A DNA stretch of 58,029 bases from Bacteroidota bacterium (GCA_040388035.1 JAZKCP010000022.1:32357-90385); one strand, 5' to 3'; shown: positions 1-9,729, counted from the stretch's first letter. Notes: a model not told the origin generated them from the letters alone. Made by a program: numbers and translations.

Positions 1-566
1 ACATATTGCGTCAAAATGACAATATGTTGTCCTTCAACTCTACCTTCAATTTGCTCTACATTGTCCCAAACCAATTTGATGTTGTGAACAGCCGCGCCTC
101 TTTTTGCAGTAAAGTTTGCGCCTTTCACATCCAAATCCTTAATCAAAACAACAGAATCGCCATCTTTAAGGATGTTTCCATTTCCGTCTTTGTGCACAAT
201 TTTATCATCCTCATCTTCTCCTTCACCTGTTGCGCCTGCCCAAATCAACGTTTCTTCATCAAGATACATCATGTCCAGCAAATCTTGTGGCCAGCCTTCA
301 CCACGCAATCTATTCAACATTCGCCAGGCAACAACCTGAACAGGTTTATTTTCATTCCACATGCTATCGCTAAGGCATCTCCAATGGTTTGGATCGGTTG
401 GTGTGGTATTTTCTATTTGGTTTTTGCAGATGGAACAAACCAAGACAGAATTGTCAAGTGATATGGATTCTTCTTTTGTTAAATGGATTCTCAAATCTTC
501 ATCTGAACCACACAATTCACATTTTGAACCGCTTCTTTCGTTTAATTTTTGGTCGATTACGCTCAT
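1..566 (-). CDS. PhnA-domain (zinc-ribbon) protein, 3' end truncated by the window edge
   Basis: Not in the ORF track. Manual translation from ATG at 566 gives MSVIDQKLNERSGSKCELCG...VCSICK...HWRCLSDSMW...HKDGNGNILKDGDSVVLIKDLDVKGANFTAKRG...ILTQYV, open to the window edge. It has two CxxC pairs and the PhnA C-terminal D-x-N-G-x-x-L-x-x-G-D-x-V-x-x-I-K-D-L-x-V-K-G motif. Confidence 0.85.
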   Translation of the reverse strand, partial: MSVIDQKLNERSGSKCELCGSDEDLRIHLTKEESISLDNSVLVCSICKNQIENTTPTDPNHWRCLSDSMWNENKPVQVVAWRMLNRLRGEGWPQDLLDMMYLDEETLIWAGATGEGEDEDDKIVHKDGNGNILKDGDSVVLIKDLDVKGANFTAKRGAAVHNIKLVWDNVEQIEGRVEGQHIVILTQY

Positions 567-568
567 CT

Positions 569-1063
569 CTATAAATTAAAGGATGCGCCGATCTGAAAAA
601 CAAATTGATTATTATATTCTTCAAATCCTTCCACATTTGAATCGTATTTTGCTAACGGAATTCCAGCTTCAGTATACATTCCGAAACCTTCTGTAAAGAA
701 ATATCTAAAGCCTAAATGCGCTCCAAAGTTTCTGGTTCCCAAATTCAATCCCGGATAAATATCCATTTTTTTATCCAATTTGAAAACGTTCCCTAAATTG
801 GCGTTGAAACGAATTTTTGCATCAGCCCGGTCTTCAAACTCAGGTTTAATACCTGCGACTTCGGTAACCGACAGTAAATAGGAAGCGACAAATCCGTAGG
901 ACATGTTTTCTCCCAAACCGAAATCTGCTCCAACGTTAATTCCCGTTCCATGATCCTGAACGTTTAATCCAACTTGTGCTTTTATATCACCTTTCCCTTT
1001 GTATGCTTGTGCATTTACCATACTTGCTGTGAAAATCGCAGCTACTATAATCAGTTTTTTCAT
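569..1063 (-). CDS. Small outer-membrane beta-barrel protein (DUF6646/OMP-like)
   Basis: Signal peptide MKKLIIVAAIFTASMVNA-Q, alternating amphipathic beta strands, C-terminal IGASFNL barrel signature. Confidence 0.75.
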   Translation of the reverse strand: MKKLIIVAAIFTASMVNAQAYKGKGDIKAQVGLNVQDHGTGINVGADFGLGENMSYGFVASYLLSVTEVAGIKPEFEDRADAKIRFNANLGNVFKLDKKMDIYPGLNLGTRNFGAHLGFRYFFTEGFGMYTEAGIPLAKYDSNVEGFEEYNNQFVFQIGASFNL

Positions 1064-1079
1064 TGTTTTAATTTTTTTA

Positions 1080-1087
1080 CAAAAATA
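1080..1087 (-). promoter_or_regulatory. Bacteroidetes primary-sigma -7 element (TATTTTTG)
   Basis: TAnnTTTG on the - strand just upstream of the barrel gene start. Confidence 0.5.
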
Positions 1088-1093
1088 GTTAAA

Positions 1094-1831
1094 TTAATTT
1101 CTTCCTTTTTCATTAATATATAAATCATTTAATGGTTCGCTCTGCCAGAATTCTTTGGTGGCAACGTCCATAATAGTCAATCTACCCAAAAAGGCCGCGC
1201 CGGTATCAATATTCCACACACATGCCTTTTGGACCGGAACGGTTTCATTTATCCTGGTTACCGGTGTGTGACCAATGTAGATTTCATCGTATAACGTTAG
1301 TCGTTTTGGATAATGAAGACTGTATTTCGGAATGCTTTCATCCAATGACAAAGCGGTTTCCCAAAGCGATCTGTCCCAGTAGAACATTTTTGGAAAATAC
1401 TCGTATTCAACGCCATTCATATTGGTAAAACCAGCATGGATGAATAATCGGTTTTTTTCATCCAGATAATAATCCTTCAGCTGCCTGAGAAATTCCATAT
1501 GGTTTTGCCTTTTGTCGCTTGAAACGCTGGCATAAGCCAAAACCGTGGCTTCTCCGCCGTGTTTGAACCACATTCCTTCATCAATATTCTCATTATCATT
1601 CAGCAGCCAATCCAGCAATAATTCATCATGATTGCCTCGAAGGAAAATACAATTATTTGTTTTCCTTAATTCAATTAAAAAATCTAGAACCTGAGGCGAT
1701 TGACTCCAGCCATCAACATAATCACCAAGAAAAATCAAGGTGTCATCCTTTGTGACCTTTGCTCTGTCAAAAACCTGGAACAGGGCTTTTAATCCTCCGT
1801 GTATATCTCCAATTACTAACTTTCTATGCAT
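1094..1831 (-). CDS. Calcineurin-like metallophosphoesterase (PPP/ApaH/PrpA-like)
   Basis: Motifs GDIHG, GDYVD, GNHD, HAG, GHTP, IDTGA. Confidence 0.9.
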   Translation of the reverse strand: MHRKLVIGDIHGGLKALFQVFDRAKVTKDDTLIFLGDYVDGWSQSPQVLDFLIELRKTNNCIFLRGNHDELLLDWLLNDNENIDEGMWFKHGGEATVLAYASVSSDKRQNHMEFLRQLKDYYLDEKNRLFIHAGFTNMNGVEYEYFPKMFYWDRSLWETALSLDESIPKYSLHYPKRLTLYDEIYIGHTPVTRINETVPVQKACVWNIDTGAAFLGRLTIMDVATKEFWQSEPLNDLYINEKGRN

Positions 1832-2975
1832 TATTCTTATCGTATTTCATTTTTCTTAATATTCGCATAGCCTCTTTAAAACTTAGATACAGTGTTGGGC
1901 TTTTTTGCGCTTTTAGAAAAGGTTTGACATCAATCAGCTTTTGCTTCGCGTCATCAAAACCGTTTAGGTAACAAATCATCAACGTCGAAGGTAAATTTTC
2001 CAAATCTTTTTCTTCACGTTCGCTCAGCGGCAATTCTTTTTCCAGTTTATTAGCTAATGCAATAGTAGCGTTATAAATGTGATGCAGCATTTTTTTGTTA
2101 TAAGCTGGTGGCTCAAAAAGTAACTTGGTTTCCATTTTATAATAGCCATTATCAAAAAAATGGATGGTTAACTGCTCCAACGGATAATAACTCGTTTTGT
2201 CGTTTAGTCCAAGCTGCACATGTTCAATAATGGTAAAACTTTGCTCATCATAACTAATCGAAACCACATCAAGCGCAGAATAGAATAGTTTCACTTGCTC
2301 GTTGATTAATTCAATATCAACTCTGGAAAGATATACTGTATCCCTAACCTTTTTTGGATTTCCGGCCCAGCAAATCACAAACAATTCCTTGAAAACCTTA
2401 TAACGTGAAATCATCTCGCCGTGACGCTCAATCATAAAATTCATTACGCCATCCAATGTATACGCTATACTGTTTCTTGAATTGTTTTCAATACTGATAA
2501 CGGTTTCAATATTCAGTTTTGAATACGGAATCTTTTCTTCAGTTGGCATCGTGTTGCTTCCGACTCTGACGAAAACAGCATTGGCTAAAATGGTATGAAT
2601 ATTTTTTTTGAAAAAAGATGTTTTATGTTTTGGTTTAATGGTTACCAAACCCACAACCTTGTCTTTTGGCAAATTTGGAAACGGTACATTTTCATATTGG
2701 ATTTTTGGTGGGTTTTCCAAATAGGCATTCACCAAATTCTGTATCCTACTGTCATCAAAAAAGTCATCGCCAAGGATTTCATTGTCCTGATCTTCAACGC
2801 CAACAACGATATAGGAATTATTCGAGGGATTCGAATTTGACAAGGCGCAGATGTGTTTTAAAAACTTCGCTTTTCCTTCTTTGGTATGCAAATTTAACTG
2901 GCGTTTTTTATCATAAAAACTGCACTCATCATTGTGAGCGAGTAGGTTTTTGATAAGAAGGCGCTTGTTTATCAT
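1824..2975 (-). CDS. Schlafen/AlbA_2-domain protein with an uncharacterised C-terminal domain
   Basis: The N-terminal ECSFYDKK...ICALSNS...YIVVGVED matches the AlbA_2 pattern (ExxxxEFK, AFAN, GxLxIGVxD). Overlaps the phosphoesterase gene by 8 bp. Confidence 0.7.
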   Translation of the reverse strand: MINKRLLIKNLLAHNDECSFYDKKRQLNLHTKEGKAKFLKHICALSNSNPSNNSYIVVGVEDQDNEILGDDFFDDSRIQNLVNAYLENPPKIQYENVPFPNLPKDKVVGLVTIKPKHKTSFFKKNIHTILANAVFVRVGSNTMPTEEKIPYSKLNIETVISIENNSRNSIAYTLDGVMNFMIERHGEMISRYKVFKELFVICWAGNPKKVRDTVYLSRVDIELINEQVKLFYSALDVVSISYDEQSFTIIEHVQLGLNDKTSYYPLEQLTIHFFDNGYYKMETKLLFEPPAYNKKMLHHIYNATIALANKLEKELPLSEREEKDLENLPSTLMICYLNGFDDAKQKLIDVKPFLKAQKSPTLYLSFKEAMRILRKMKYDKNNA

Positions 2976-2980
2976 AACTA

Positions 2981-3046
2981 TTTACGATTTACGAGGTACA
3001 ATATACGATTTGTTTAATTCGTAAATCGTATATCGAATATCGTAAA
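2981..3046. repeat. Inverted array of 7-nt tandem repeats (TTTACGA x4 / TCGTAAA x4)
   Basis: tttacga tttacga ggtacaa tatacga - 10-nt spacer - tcgtaaa tcgtata tcgaata tcgtaaa. Confidence 0.9.
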
Positions 3047-3047
3047 T

Positions 3048-3914
3048 TTAAGGAACTTTATTCCCCATGCTTTCTGTCCAAATGGCGAACCAATCCAGCT
3101 GGTCTAATTCCATTTCAACTGCTTTCATTAAGGCTTGGATCCGAGCAATGTTTACCGTACCGGCAACCGGAATTACATTAGCAGGATGCTTTAAAACCCA
3201 GGCTAACAAAATAGTGTCTGAACCCAAATGATACTTATCAACCAATTGAGCCAATAGTTTTTTCAGCCTTCTCGTCTGTTCAATATCTTCCCTGAAAACC
3301 GTTCCGAGCGGATTCCATGACATCGGACGAATGTTGTGCAGCTGCATATAATCAAAAGTTCCATCCAGCATTGCCTGATGATGCGTTGCTGAAAATTGTA
3401 TCTGGTTGTAATTGATTTCTGTTTTTTGACGCAATAATTCTGTTTGGGAAACTGTAAAATTAGAAACACCAAAATCAAGAATTTTGCCTTCTTTTTTTAA
3501 TTTGGCAACTGCTTCCGCAATTTCATCGGCAATCATCAACGGACTTGGACGATGCAGCAACAAAACATCTAAATAATCGGTTTGCAGATTTTTTAAGGAG
3601 TTTTCCACCGACCAAATGATATAATCTTTGGAATAATCATAATGTTTAATAGTATTGTTTCTGCCATTTACATGCTGAATACCACATTTAGAAATGAACT
3701 GGATTTTATTCCTGTCTATTTTGCTTTGGCCAAAAGCTTTACCAAAATCGGCTTCAGTTGTATAATTTCCATAAATATCGGCATGGTCAAAACTTGTGAT
3801 TTGATTTTCGACACAAATATGCATCAAATGTTCCATTTCCGAAGTCGACAGTTTTTTATCCCAAACTCCCCAATTCATAGTTCCGGCAACAATGGGTGAA
3901 AGTTTTGTTTTCAT
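3048..3914 (-). CDS. Aldo/keto reductase (YdhF-like)
   Basis: FDHADIYG, SKCGI, SLKNLQTDYLDVLLLHRP, GVSNF motifs. Confidence 0.9.
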   Translation of the reverse strand: MKTKLSPIVAGTMNWGVWDKKLSTSEMEHLMHICVENQITSFDHADIYGNYTTEADFGKAFGQSKIDRNKIQFISKCGIQHVNGRNNTIKHYDYSKDYIIWSVENSLKNLQTDYLDVLLLHRPSPLMIADEIAEAVAKLKKEGKILDFGVSNFTVSQTELLRQKTEINYNQIQFSATHHQAMLDGTFDYMQLHNIRPMSWNPLGTVFREDIEQTRRLKKLLAQLVDKYHLGSDTILLAWVLKHPANVIPVAGTVNIARIQALMKAVEMELDQLDWFAIWTESMGNKVP

Positions 3915-4155
3915 TTTTGATAAGGTTAGTGTTGATAAGTCTATTTTTGGATTTCGAAAATTTTACTATTTTGCCACCGGAATTTTCCGAAAACGGATTC
4001 GGTCTTAAAATTATAAAAAGAAAATCATAAATCATCCTTAAAATCGGGATGTTTTGTAAAGTTTTAACGCATTATTAACATCTGGCAAGGGATTAAATTT
4101 TCACTTTTGAAATGTTAAATTATAACCGTCACACATTAGAATAAATAGAGTAACT

Positions 4156-5160
4156 ATGGAAGAAAATGGTACTGCTTTAGACATTAGAGCGATTAATGAA
4201 AAAATTGAAAAAGAAAGTGCTTTTATCGACTTGCTGACTATGGAAATGAACAAAGTCATCATTGGTCAGAAGCATATGGTGGAACGATTGTTAATTGGAC
4301 TTTTAGGTCAGGGCCATATTCTATTGGAAGGTGTTCCGGGTTTGGCAAAAACCCTAGCCATAAACACTTTGTCACAAGCAGTCCACGGAAGCTTTAGCCG
4401 TATTCAGTTTACACCCGATTTATTGCCTGCCGATGTTGTTGGTACGATGATTTACAATATTAAAGCCAACGAATTTTCAATAAAAAAAGGACCGATTTTT
4501 GCCAACTTCGTCCTTGCCGATGAGATTAACCGTGCGCCTGCAAAAGTGCAGTCTGCCTTGCTTGAAGCGATGCAGGAAAAACAAGTTACCATTGGTGACA
4601 CTACTTTCAAATTAGACAAACCGTTTTTGGTTTTGGCAACCCAAAATCCAATTGAACAGGAAGGAACTTATTCCTTACCGGAAGCACAGGTTGACCGTTT
4701 TATGCTAAAAACCGTTATCGATTATCCAAAAATGGATGAAGAACGATTGGTTATCCGCCAGAATTTAAAAGGCGACTATGAGAAAGTAAATGCTGTTGTT
4801 ACTACGAAACAGATTTTAAAAGCTCAGGAAGCCGTTCGTGAAGTGTATATGGATGAAAAAATTGAAAAATATATTTTAGATATCATTTTTGCTACGCGTA
4901 ATCCTGAAAAATACAAACTCGAAAGCTTAAAACCGCTTATCAGTTTTGGAGCTTCTCCTCGTGGAAGTATCAATTTGGCTACTGCTGCTAAATGTTACGC
5001 TTTCATCAAACGCCGTGGTTACGTAATTCCGGAAGACGTTCGTGCTGTAGTTCACGATGTATTGCGTCACAGAATTGGCGTTACCTACGAAGCGGAAGCA
5101 GAAAACATCACTTCTGTTGACATCATCAACAAAATCGTAAACGAAATAGAAGTTCCTTAG
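4156..5160 (+). CDS. moxR: MoxR-family AAA+ ATPase
   Basis: Walker A GVPGLAKT, RIQFTPDLLPAD, Walker B LADEINR, ATQNPIEQEGTY, GASPR. Confidence 0.95.
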   Translation: MEENGTALDIRAINEKIEKESAFIDLLTMEMNKVIIGQKHMVERLLIGLLGQGHILLEGVPGLAKTLAINTLSQAVHGSFSRIQFTPDLLPADVVGTMIYNIKANEFSIKKGPIFANFVLADEINRAPAKVQSALLEAMQEKQVTIGDTTFKLDKPFLVLATQNPIEQEGTYSLPEAQVDRFMLKTVIDYPKMDEERLVIRQNLKGDYEKVNAVVTTKQILKAQEAVREVYMDEKIEKYILDIIFATRNPEKYKLESLKPLISFGASPRGSINLATAAKCYAFIKRRGYVIPEDVRAVVHDVLRHRIGVTYEAEAENITSVDIINKIVNEIEVP

Positions 5161-5184
5161 TAGAAACTCAAAACTGTTTGCGAA

Positions 5185-6051
5185 ATGGAAACGAAAGACT
5201 TACTCAAAAAAGTTCGTAAAATTGAAATCAAAACCCGAAGACTGAGTGATCATATCTTCTCGGGCAAATACCACACGTCGTTTAAAGGCCGTGGTATGAC
5301 GTTTTCGGAAGTGCGTCAATATCAATACGGCGATGATATCCGTGCTATCGATTGGAACGTGACAGCACGCTACAACGAACCTTATGTAAAAGTTTTTGAG
5401 GAAGAACGCGAATTAACCATGATGTTGATGGTGGATATTTCAGGTTCGGAAAGTTTTGGAACCAAAAACCAACTCAAGAGTGAAATCGTTACTGAGATTG
5501 CCGCGACCATGGCTTTTTCAGCAACACAGAATAACGATAAAATCGGCCTGATTTTATTTACTGATCAAATCGAATTGTACATTCCGCCAAAAAAAGGAAA
5601 ATCACATGTATTGCGAATCATTCGCGAACTCATAGAGTTTCAGCCAAAAAGCAAAAAAACCGATTTGTCCCAGGCTTTGAAATTTTTATCCGGTACACAG
5701 AAAAAGAAAGCAATTGTATTCGTTATTTCTGACTTTATGGTGGAAGAAGATTACGAGAAAACCTTGAAAATTGCCGGAAAAAAACACGACATTACAGGTG
5801 TTCGCGTATATGACATCCGCGAAAGCAGCATGCCAAATATCGGAATGATTGAAATGGAAGATGCCGAAACCGGAGAAATTTTGGTAGTCAATACAGGTTC
5901 GAAAAAAGCAAGGGTAAGTTATGAAAAACAATATCACGACAAGGTTAATTACTTCAAGGATATCTTTTCAAAATGCGGTTCAGGAACTGTTAATACGCGT
6001 GTCGACGAAAGTTATGTGACAAAATTATTGGGTTATTTTAAATCCAGATAA
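5185..6051 (+). CDS. DUF58 (VWA-like) protein
   Basis: F-x-EVRQYQYGDDIRAIDWNVTAR, DISGS; typical position after moxR. Confidence 0.92.
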   Translation: METKDLLKKVRKIEIKTRRLSDHIFSGKYHTSFKGRGMTFSEVRQYQYGDDIRAIDWNVTARYNEPYVKVFEEERELTMMLMVDISGSESFGTKNQLKSEIVTEIAATMAFSATQNNDKIGLILFTDQIELYIPPKKGKSHVLRIIRELIEFQPKSKKTDLSQALKFLSGTQKKKAIVFVISDFMVEEDYEKTLKIAGKKHDITGVRVYDIRESSMPNIGMIEMEDAETGEILVVNTGSKKARVSYEKQYHDKVNYFKDIFSKCGSGTVNTRVDESYVTKLLGYFKSR

Positions 6052-6056
6052 GACAA

Positions 6057-7685
6057 ATGAAATTCAGACTATATATACTATTCTTTCTGTTATCCACTAC
6101 GCTTTTTGCCCAAAAAGTGACGACTTCCGTAAATGTTACCAAAAACAAAATCGGAGCCGAATTCAAGCTTACGCTGAAAACAGACGTTGACACTCTATCA
6201 AAAGTAAAATTTCCGGAAGCCAAAAGTTTTGGTGCATTGGAAGTCATTCAATCGTATAAAATTGACACGGTTAAAAATGGAGCGCGATATGAATTAATAA
6301 AAAAATATGGCCTGACACAGTTTGACAGTGGACGCTATCTTATTCCAAGAATTCCTGTCATCATAAACGGAAAATCTGTTTTTTCAGACAGCATCAAAGT
6401 GGAAGTTAACAATGTAAAGGTCGATACGCTAAAGCAAAAGATGTACGACATCAAAGATATTGCCCAGGTCGAAAGTCCGTTAGGAACGTGGTGGATTTAT
6501 CTTTTGGTCTTTTTAGCGATTGGAGTAGCCGGTTATTTCATTTATCAATACATCAAGAAAAGACAAAATCAGCCAAAAGAGGAAGTCGTTGTTTTCAAAT
6601 CGCCGATTGAAAAAGCAACAACCTTATTACAGCAATTGGAAACCAAAGAACTTTGGCAAAAAGGTGAAATCAAACATTATTATTCAGAGCTGACCGATAT
6701 TGCCCGTAATTATATTGAAGAAGAAATCCATATTCCGGCAATGGAAAGCACAACTTCTGAACTTATAGAAGGATTGCGGAAGGCGGCCAAACAAAAGAAA
6801 TTAAAGCTATCAAACGAAACAGTAGAAAATCTGGAAAAGGTCTTAATGCAGGCCGATTTGGTAAAGTTTGCCAAAGTTAAACCACTTGATTATGAAATTG
6901 AAGAAGATAAAAAACGTATTTCAAGCTCTATTGTAATTATCCACAAATCGATTCCGGAAGTTGTAGAGGATAATGATGAACTGGCATTATGGAACGAACA
7001 GCAAAAAGAACTGGCACGTTTGCAAAAACTAAAAAAACAAAAGCGCGTTCGCATTGTTACCACAATTGGAATTGTTTTGGGAATGCTATTGCTTTTTGTT
7101 TTGGGTGTGGCTTATTTCAAAGGAACGGAATACTTAAAAGACAATATTTTTGGCCATCCAACAAAAGATTTAGTCGAAGGCCAATGGGTTTATAGCGAAT
7201 ACGGAAATCCTGGCGTAAAGGTGGAAACCCCAAAAGTATTAAAGCGAATTGATGCCGAAAAAATGCTTCCTAAAGATGCGGCGGCGCTTATCAAAGAAAT
7301 GCAGACATTTGGTTACGGAAGCGTAATGGAAGATTTTTATATTACCGTTTCGACAGTAACCTACAAACAGGAAACACAAATAGATTTAGATAAAACTGCT
7401 GAAGGTTATCTTAAAATTATGGAAGCGCAAGGCGCCCAAAATATCATAGTGAAGACGGAAGATTTCGATACGCAAAAAGGAATTTCAGGCAAGAAAGCCT
7501 ATGGAACAATGACGGTTTTAAACAAAATAAAAGGCAAATCAACGAAGATGTATTATGAATTACTGCTTTTCAGCCAGGAAGGCGGATTGCAGACGATTTT
7601 AGTAATGCATCGTGAAGAAGATAAATACGGACAACAGATTGCAGAAAGAATGTTGAACTCGGTCGAATTACAAACAGCGCAATGA
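6057..7685 (+). CDS. Bat-operon membrane protein (BatD-like N-terminus, two TM segments)
   Basis: Signal peptide, BatD-like Ig-type N-terminus, TM WWIYLLVF..., YYSELTDIARNYIE...ADLVKFAK helical block, second TM, extra C-terminal domain. Confidence 0.75.
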   Translation: MKFRLYILFFLLSTTLFAQKVTTSVNVTKNKIGAEFKLTLKTDVDTLSKVKFPEAKSFGALEVIQSYKIDTVKNGARYELIKKYGLTQFDSGRYLIPRIPVIINGKSVFSDSIKVEVNNVKVDTLKQKMYDIKDIAQVESPLGTWWIYLLVFLAIGVAGYFIYQYIKKRQNQPKEEVVVFKSPIEKATTLLQQLETKELWQKGEIKHYYSELTDIARNYIEEEIHIPAMESTTSELIEGLRKAAKQKKLKLSNETVENLEKVLMQADLVKFAKVKPLDYEIEEDKKRISSSIVIIHKSIPEVVEDNDELALWNEQQKELARLQKLKKQKRVRIVTTIGIVLGMLLLFVLGVAYFKGTEYLKDNIFGHPTKDLVEGQWVYSEYGNPGVKVETPKVLKRIDAEKMLPKDAAALIKEMQTFGYGSVMEDFYITVSTVTYKQETQIDLDKTAEGYLKIMEAQGAQNIIVKTEDFDTQKGISGKKAYGTMTVLNKIKGKSTKMYYELLLFSQEGGLQTILVMHREEDKYGQQIAERMLNSVELQTAQ

Positions 7686-8686
7686 TGAAAGACGTGACTT
7701 TTTTAAATCCTGAGTTTTTCTGGTTGTTTTTATTACTTCCGGCAGCTGTTTTGTGGCAAATCTGGAAAAGAAAACAACAATCGCCGACACTGAAAATTAG
7801 TTCCGTTAAGGGTTTCAAAGCACAAAAATCTTTGCTTGCCAAGCTAAAACCATTTCTATTTGTATTGCGATTGTTGGCTTTGAGTTCGTTAATTATCGCC
7901 ATGGCAAGACCGAGAAAAGTAGACATCAGCAGCCAAACCAAGTCGACTAAAGGTGTCGATATTGTAATGGCAATCGACGTTTCGGGAAGTATGTTAGCCA
8001 AAGATTTAAAGCCAAATCGAATGGAGGCTTTGAAAAAGGTAGCCGAAAATTTTGTGGAAGGAAGACCAAATGACAGAATCGGAATTGTTGTTTATGCTTC
8101 GGAAGCGTATACAAAAACACCAGTTACGAGCGACAAAGCAATTATTCAGCAGGCAATTCAAAGCATAAAATATGACAACGTTTTGCAGGACGGAACCGGA
8201 ATAGGAATGGGATTGACGACGGCCGTGAATCGTTTGAAAGACAGCAAAGCCAAAAGCAAAGTGATTATTCTCTTGACGGATGGTGTAAACAATGCCGGAT
8301 TTATTGAACCTGAAACCGCTTCTCAAATCGCAAAAGAATATGGTATCAAAGTATACACTATCGGAATTGGAACGAATGGGAATGCGATGTTTCCTTATGC
8401 TTACGCTCCAAATGGCGGCTTTTTATTCCGAATGATGCCTGTTGAAATTGATGTCAATTTATTGCAGACAATAGCCAGGAATACTGGTGGAAAATATTTC
8501 CGGGCCACTAGCAATAGTAAGTTGGAATCCATTTATAAAGAAATTAACAAACTGGAAACCACCGAAATTCAAGAGTTGAAATTTTATGATTATGATGAAA
8601 AATATCGATTATTTGTTTGGATTGCCGGTATTTTAATCCTGCTGGAATTTGGTTTGAGAAACACAATATATAGAAGTTTTATTTAA
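7682..8686 (+). CDS. batA: Aerotolerance protein BatA (VWA)
   Basis: N-terminal double TM ending in AMARP, MIDAS DVSGSM, LLTDG; operon context. Confidence 0.92.
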   Translation: MMKDVTFLNPEFFWLFLLLPAAVLWQIWKRKQQSPTLKISSVKGFKAQKSLLAKLKPFLFVLRLLALSSLIIAMARPRKVDISSQTKSTKGVDIVMAIDVSGSMLAKDLKPNRMEALKKVAENFVEGRPNDRIGIVVYASEAYTKTPVTSDKAIIQQAIQSIKYDNVLQDGTGIGMGLTTAVNRLKDSKAKSKVIILLTDGVNNAGFIEPETASQIAKEYGIKVYTIGIGTNGNAMFPYAYAPNGGFLFRMMPVEIDVNLLQTIARNTGGKYFRATSNSKLESIYKEINKLETTEIQELKFYDYDEKYRLFVWIAGILILLEFGLRNTIYRSFI

Positions 8687-8691
8687 AGAAT

Positions 8692-9729
8692 ATGTACGAG
8701 TTAGAAGAAAAATGGTATTTGTACTTTTTGTTTGTCATTCCGGCAATGGTGCTGCTTTTCTTGTATATTCAATTCTGGAAAAGAAAAAAACAACGCGAGT
8801 TTGGTGATTTGGATTTGATTAAAAAGTTAAGTCCTGAAAAATCGGCTTTCAAACCTGCTTTGAAATTCGCTGTAATCTTATTGGCGCTGACTTGTTTGAT
8901 AATTGGATTGGTTAACCCAAAAATCGGAACCAAACTGGAAACGGTAAAACGCGAAGGAATCGATATCATTTTTGCCATCGATGTTTCTAAAAGTATGCTG
9001 GCAGAAGATGTAGCGCCAAATCGTCTGGAAAAAAGCAAGCAATTGGTTTCACAGATTATCAATACTTTGGGCAGCGACCGCATTGGAATTATTGCCTATT
9101 CAGGAAGCGCTTTCCCGGTTCTACCAATCACTACAGATTATAGTGTCGGAAAAATGTTTTTGCAAACGATGAATCCGGGGATGATTTCGGCGCAGGGAAC
9201 ATCAATCGATCAGGCAATTAATCTGGCTGTGACTTATATTGATAAAAAAGATAAAACCAACAAACTTTTGATTATTATTACTGATGGCGAAGATCATTCC
9301 GATGCCACTACAGATGCGGCCGAAGAAGCTAAAAAAGTGGGTTTAAAAATAATGACTGTTGGCGTTGGAACCGAAAAAGGTGGAACCATTCCACTAAAAA
9401 GAAATGGTATTGTAGAAAGCTTTCAACGTGACCAAAATGGCGATGTAGTGGTAACCAAAAGAAATGCTGAAGTCCTGAAGGCTATTGCAAAAAGTGCCGG
9501 CGGTGGTTATGTTGACGGAAATTCGACCAAAGAGGTTTTGGATTATGTAAAACATGCATTAGACAATATTCAAAAAACCGAATTTGAAAGTACACAAATG
9601 GCCGATTTTAAATCGCAGTTTCAATGGTTTTTAGGGTTTGGTTTTTTCCTGTTGCTTTTGGATGTTTTTTTGTTGGAGAGAAGGACGAAATGGGTTAAAA
9701 AGATGAATCTATTTAATGAAAAAGAATAA
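8692..9729 (+). CDS. batB: Aerotolerance protein BatB (VWA)
   Basis: DVSKSMLAEDVAPNRL, ITDGEDH; follows batA. Confidence 0.9.
   Translation: MYELEEKWYLYFLFVIPAMVLLFLYIQFWKRKKQREFGDLDLIKKLSPEKSAFKPALKFAVILLALTCLIIGLVNPKIGTKLETVKREGIDIIFAIDVSKSMLAEDVAPNRLEKSKQLVSQIINTLGSDRIGIIAYSGSAFPVLPITTDYSVGKMFLQTMNPGMISAQGTSIDQAINLAVTYIDKKDKTNKLLIIITDGEDHSDATTDAAEEAKKVGLKIMTVGVGTEKGGTIPLKRNGIVESFQRDQNGDVVVTKRNAEVLKAIAKSAGGGYVDGNSTKEVLDYVKHALDNIQKTEFESTQMADFKSQFQWFLGFGFFLLLLDVFLLERRTKWVKKMNLFNEKE

Noticed and set aside
6-579. Plus-strand ORFs 6..461, 361..579 and 389..574
   Set aside because: Antisense shadows of the PhnA-like gene; no recognisable motifs.
6937-6945. DnaA-box matches (TTATCCACA here; TGTGGATAA at 13381 and 35459)
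   Set aside because: Isolated and inside coding sequences, with no cluster, so not oriC evidence.
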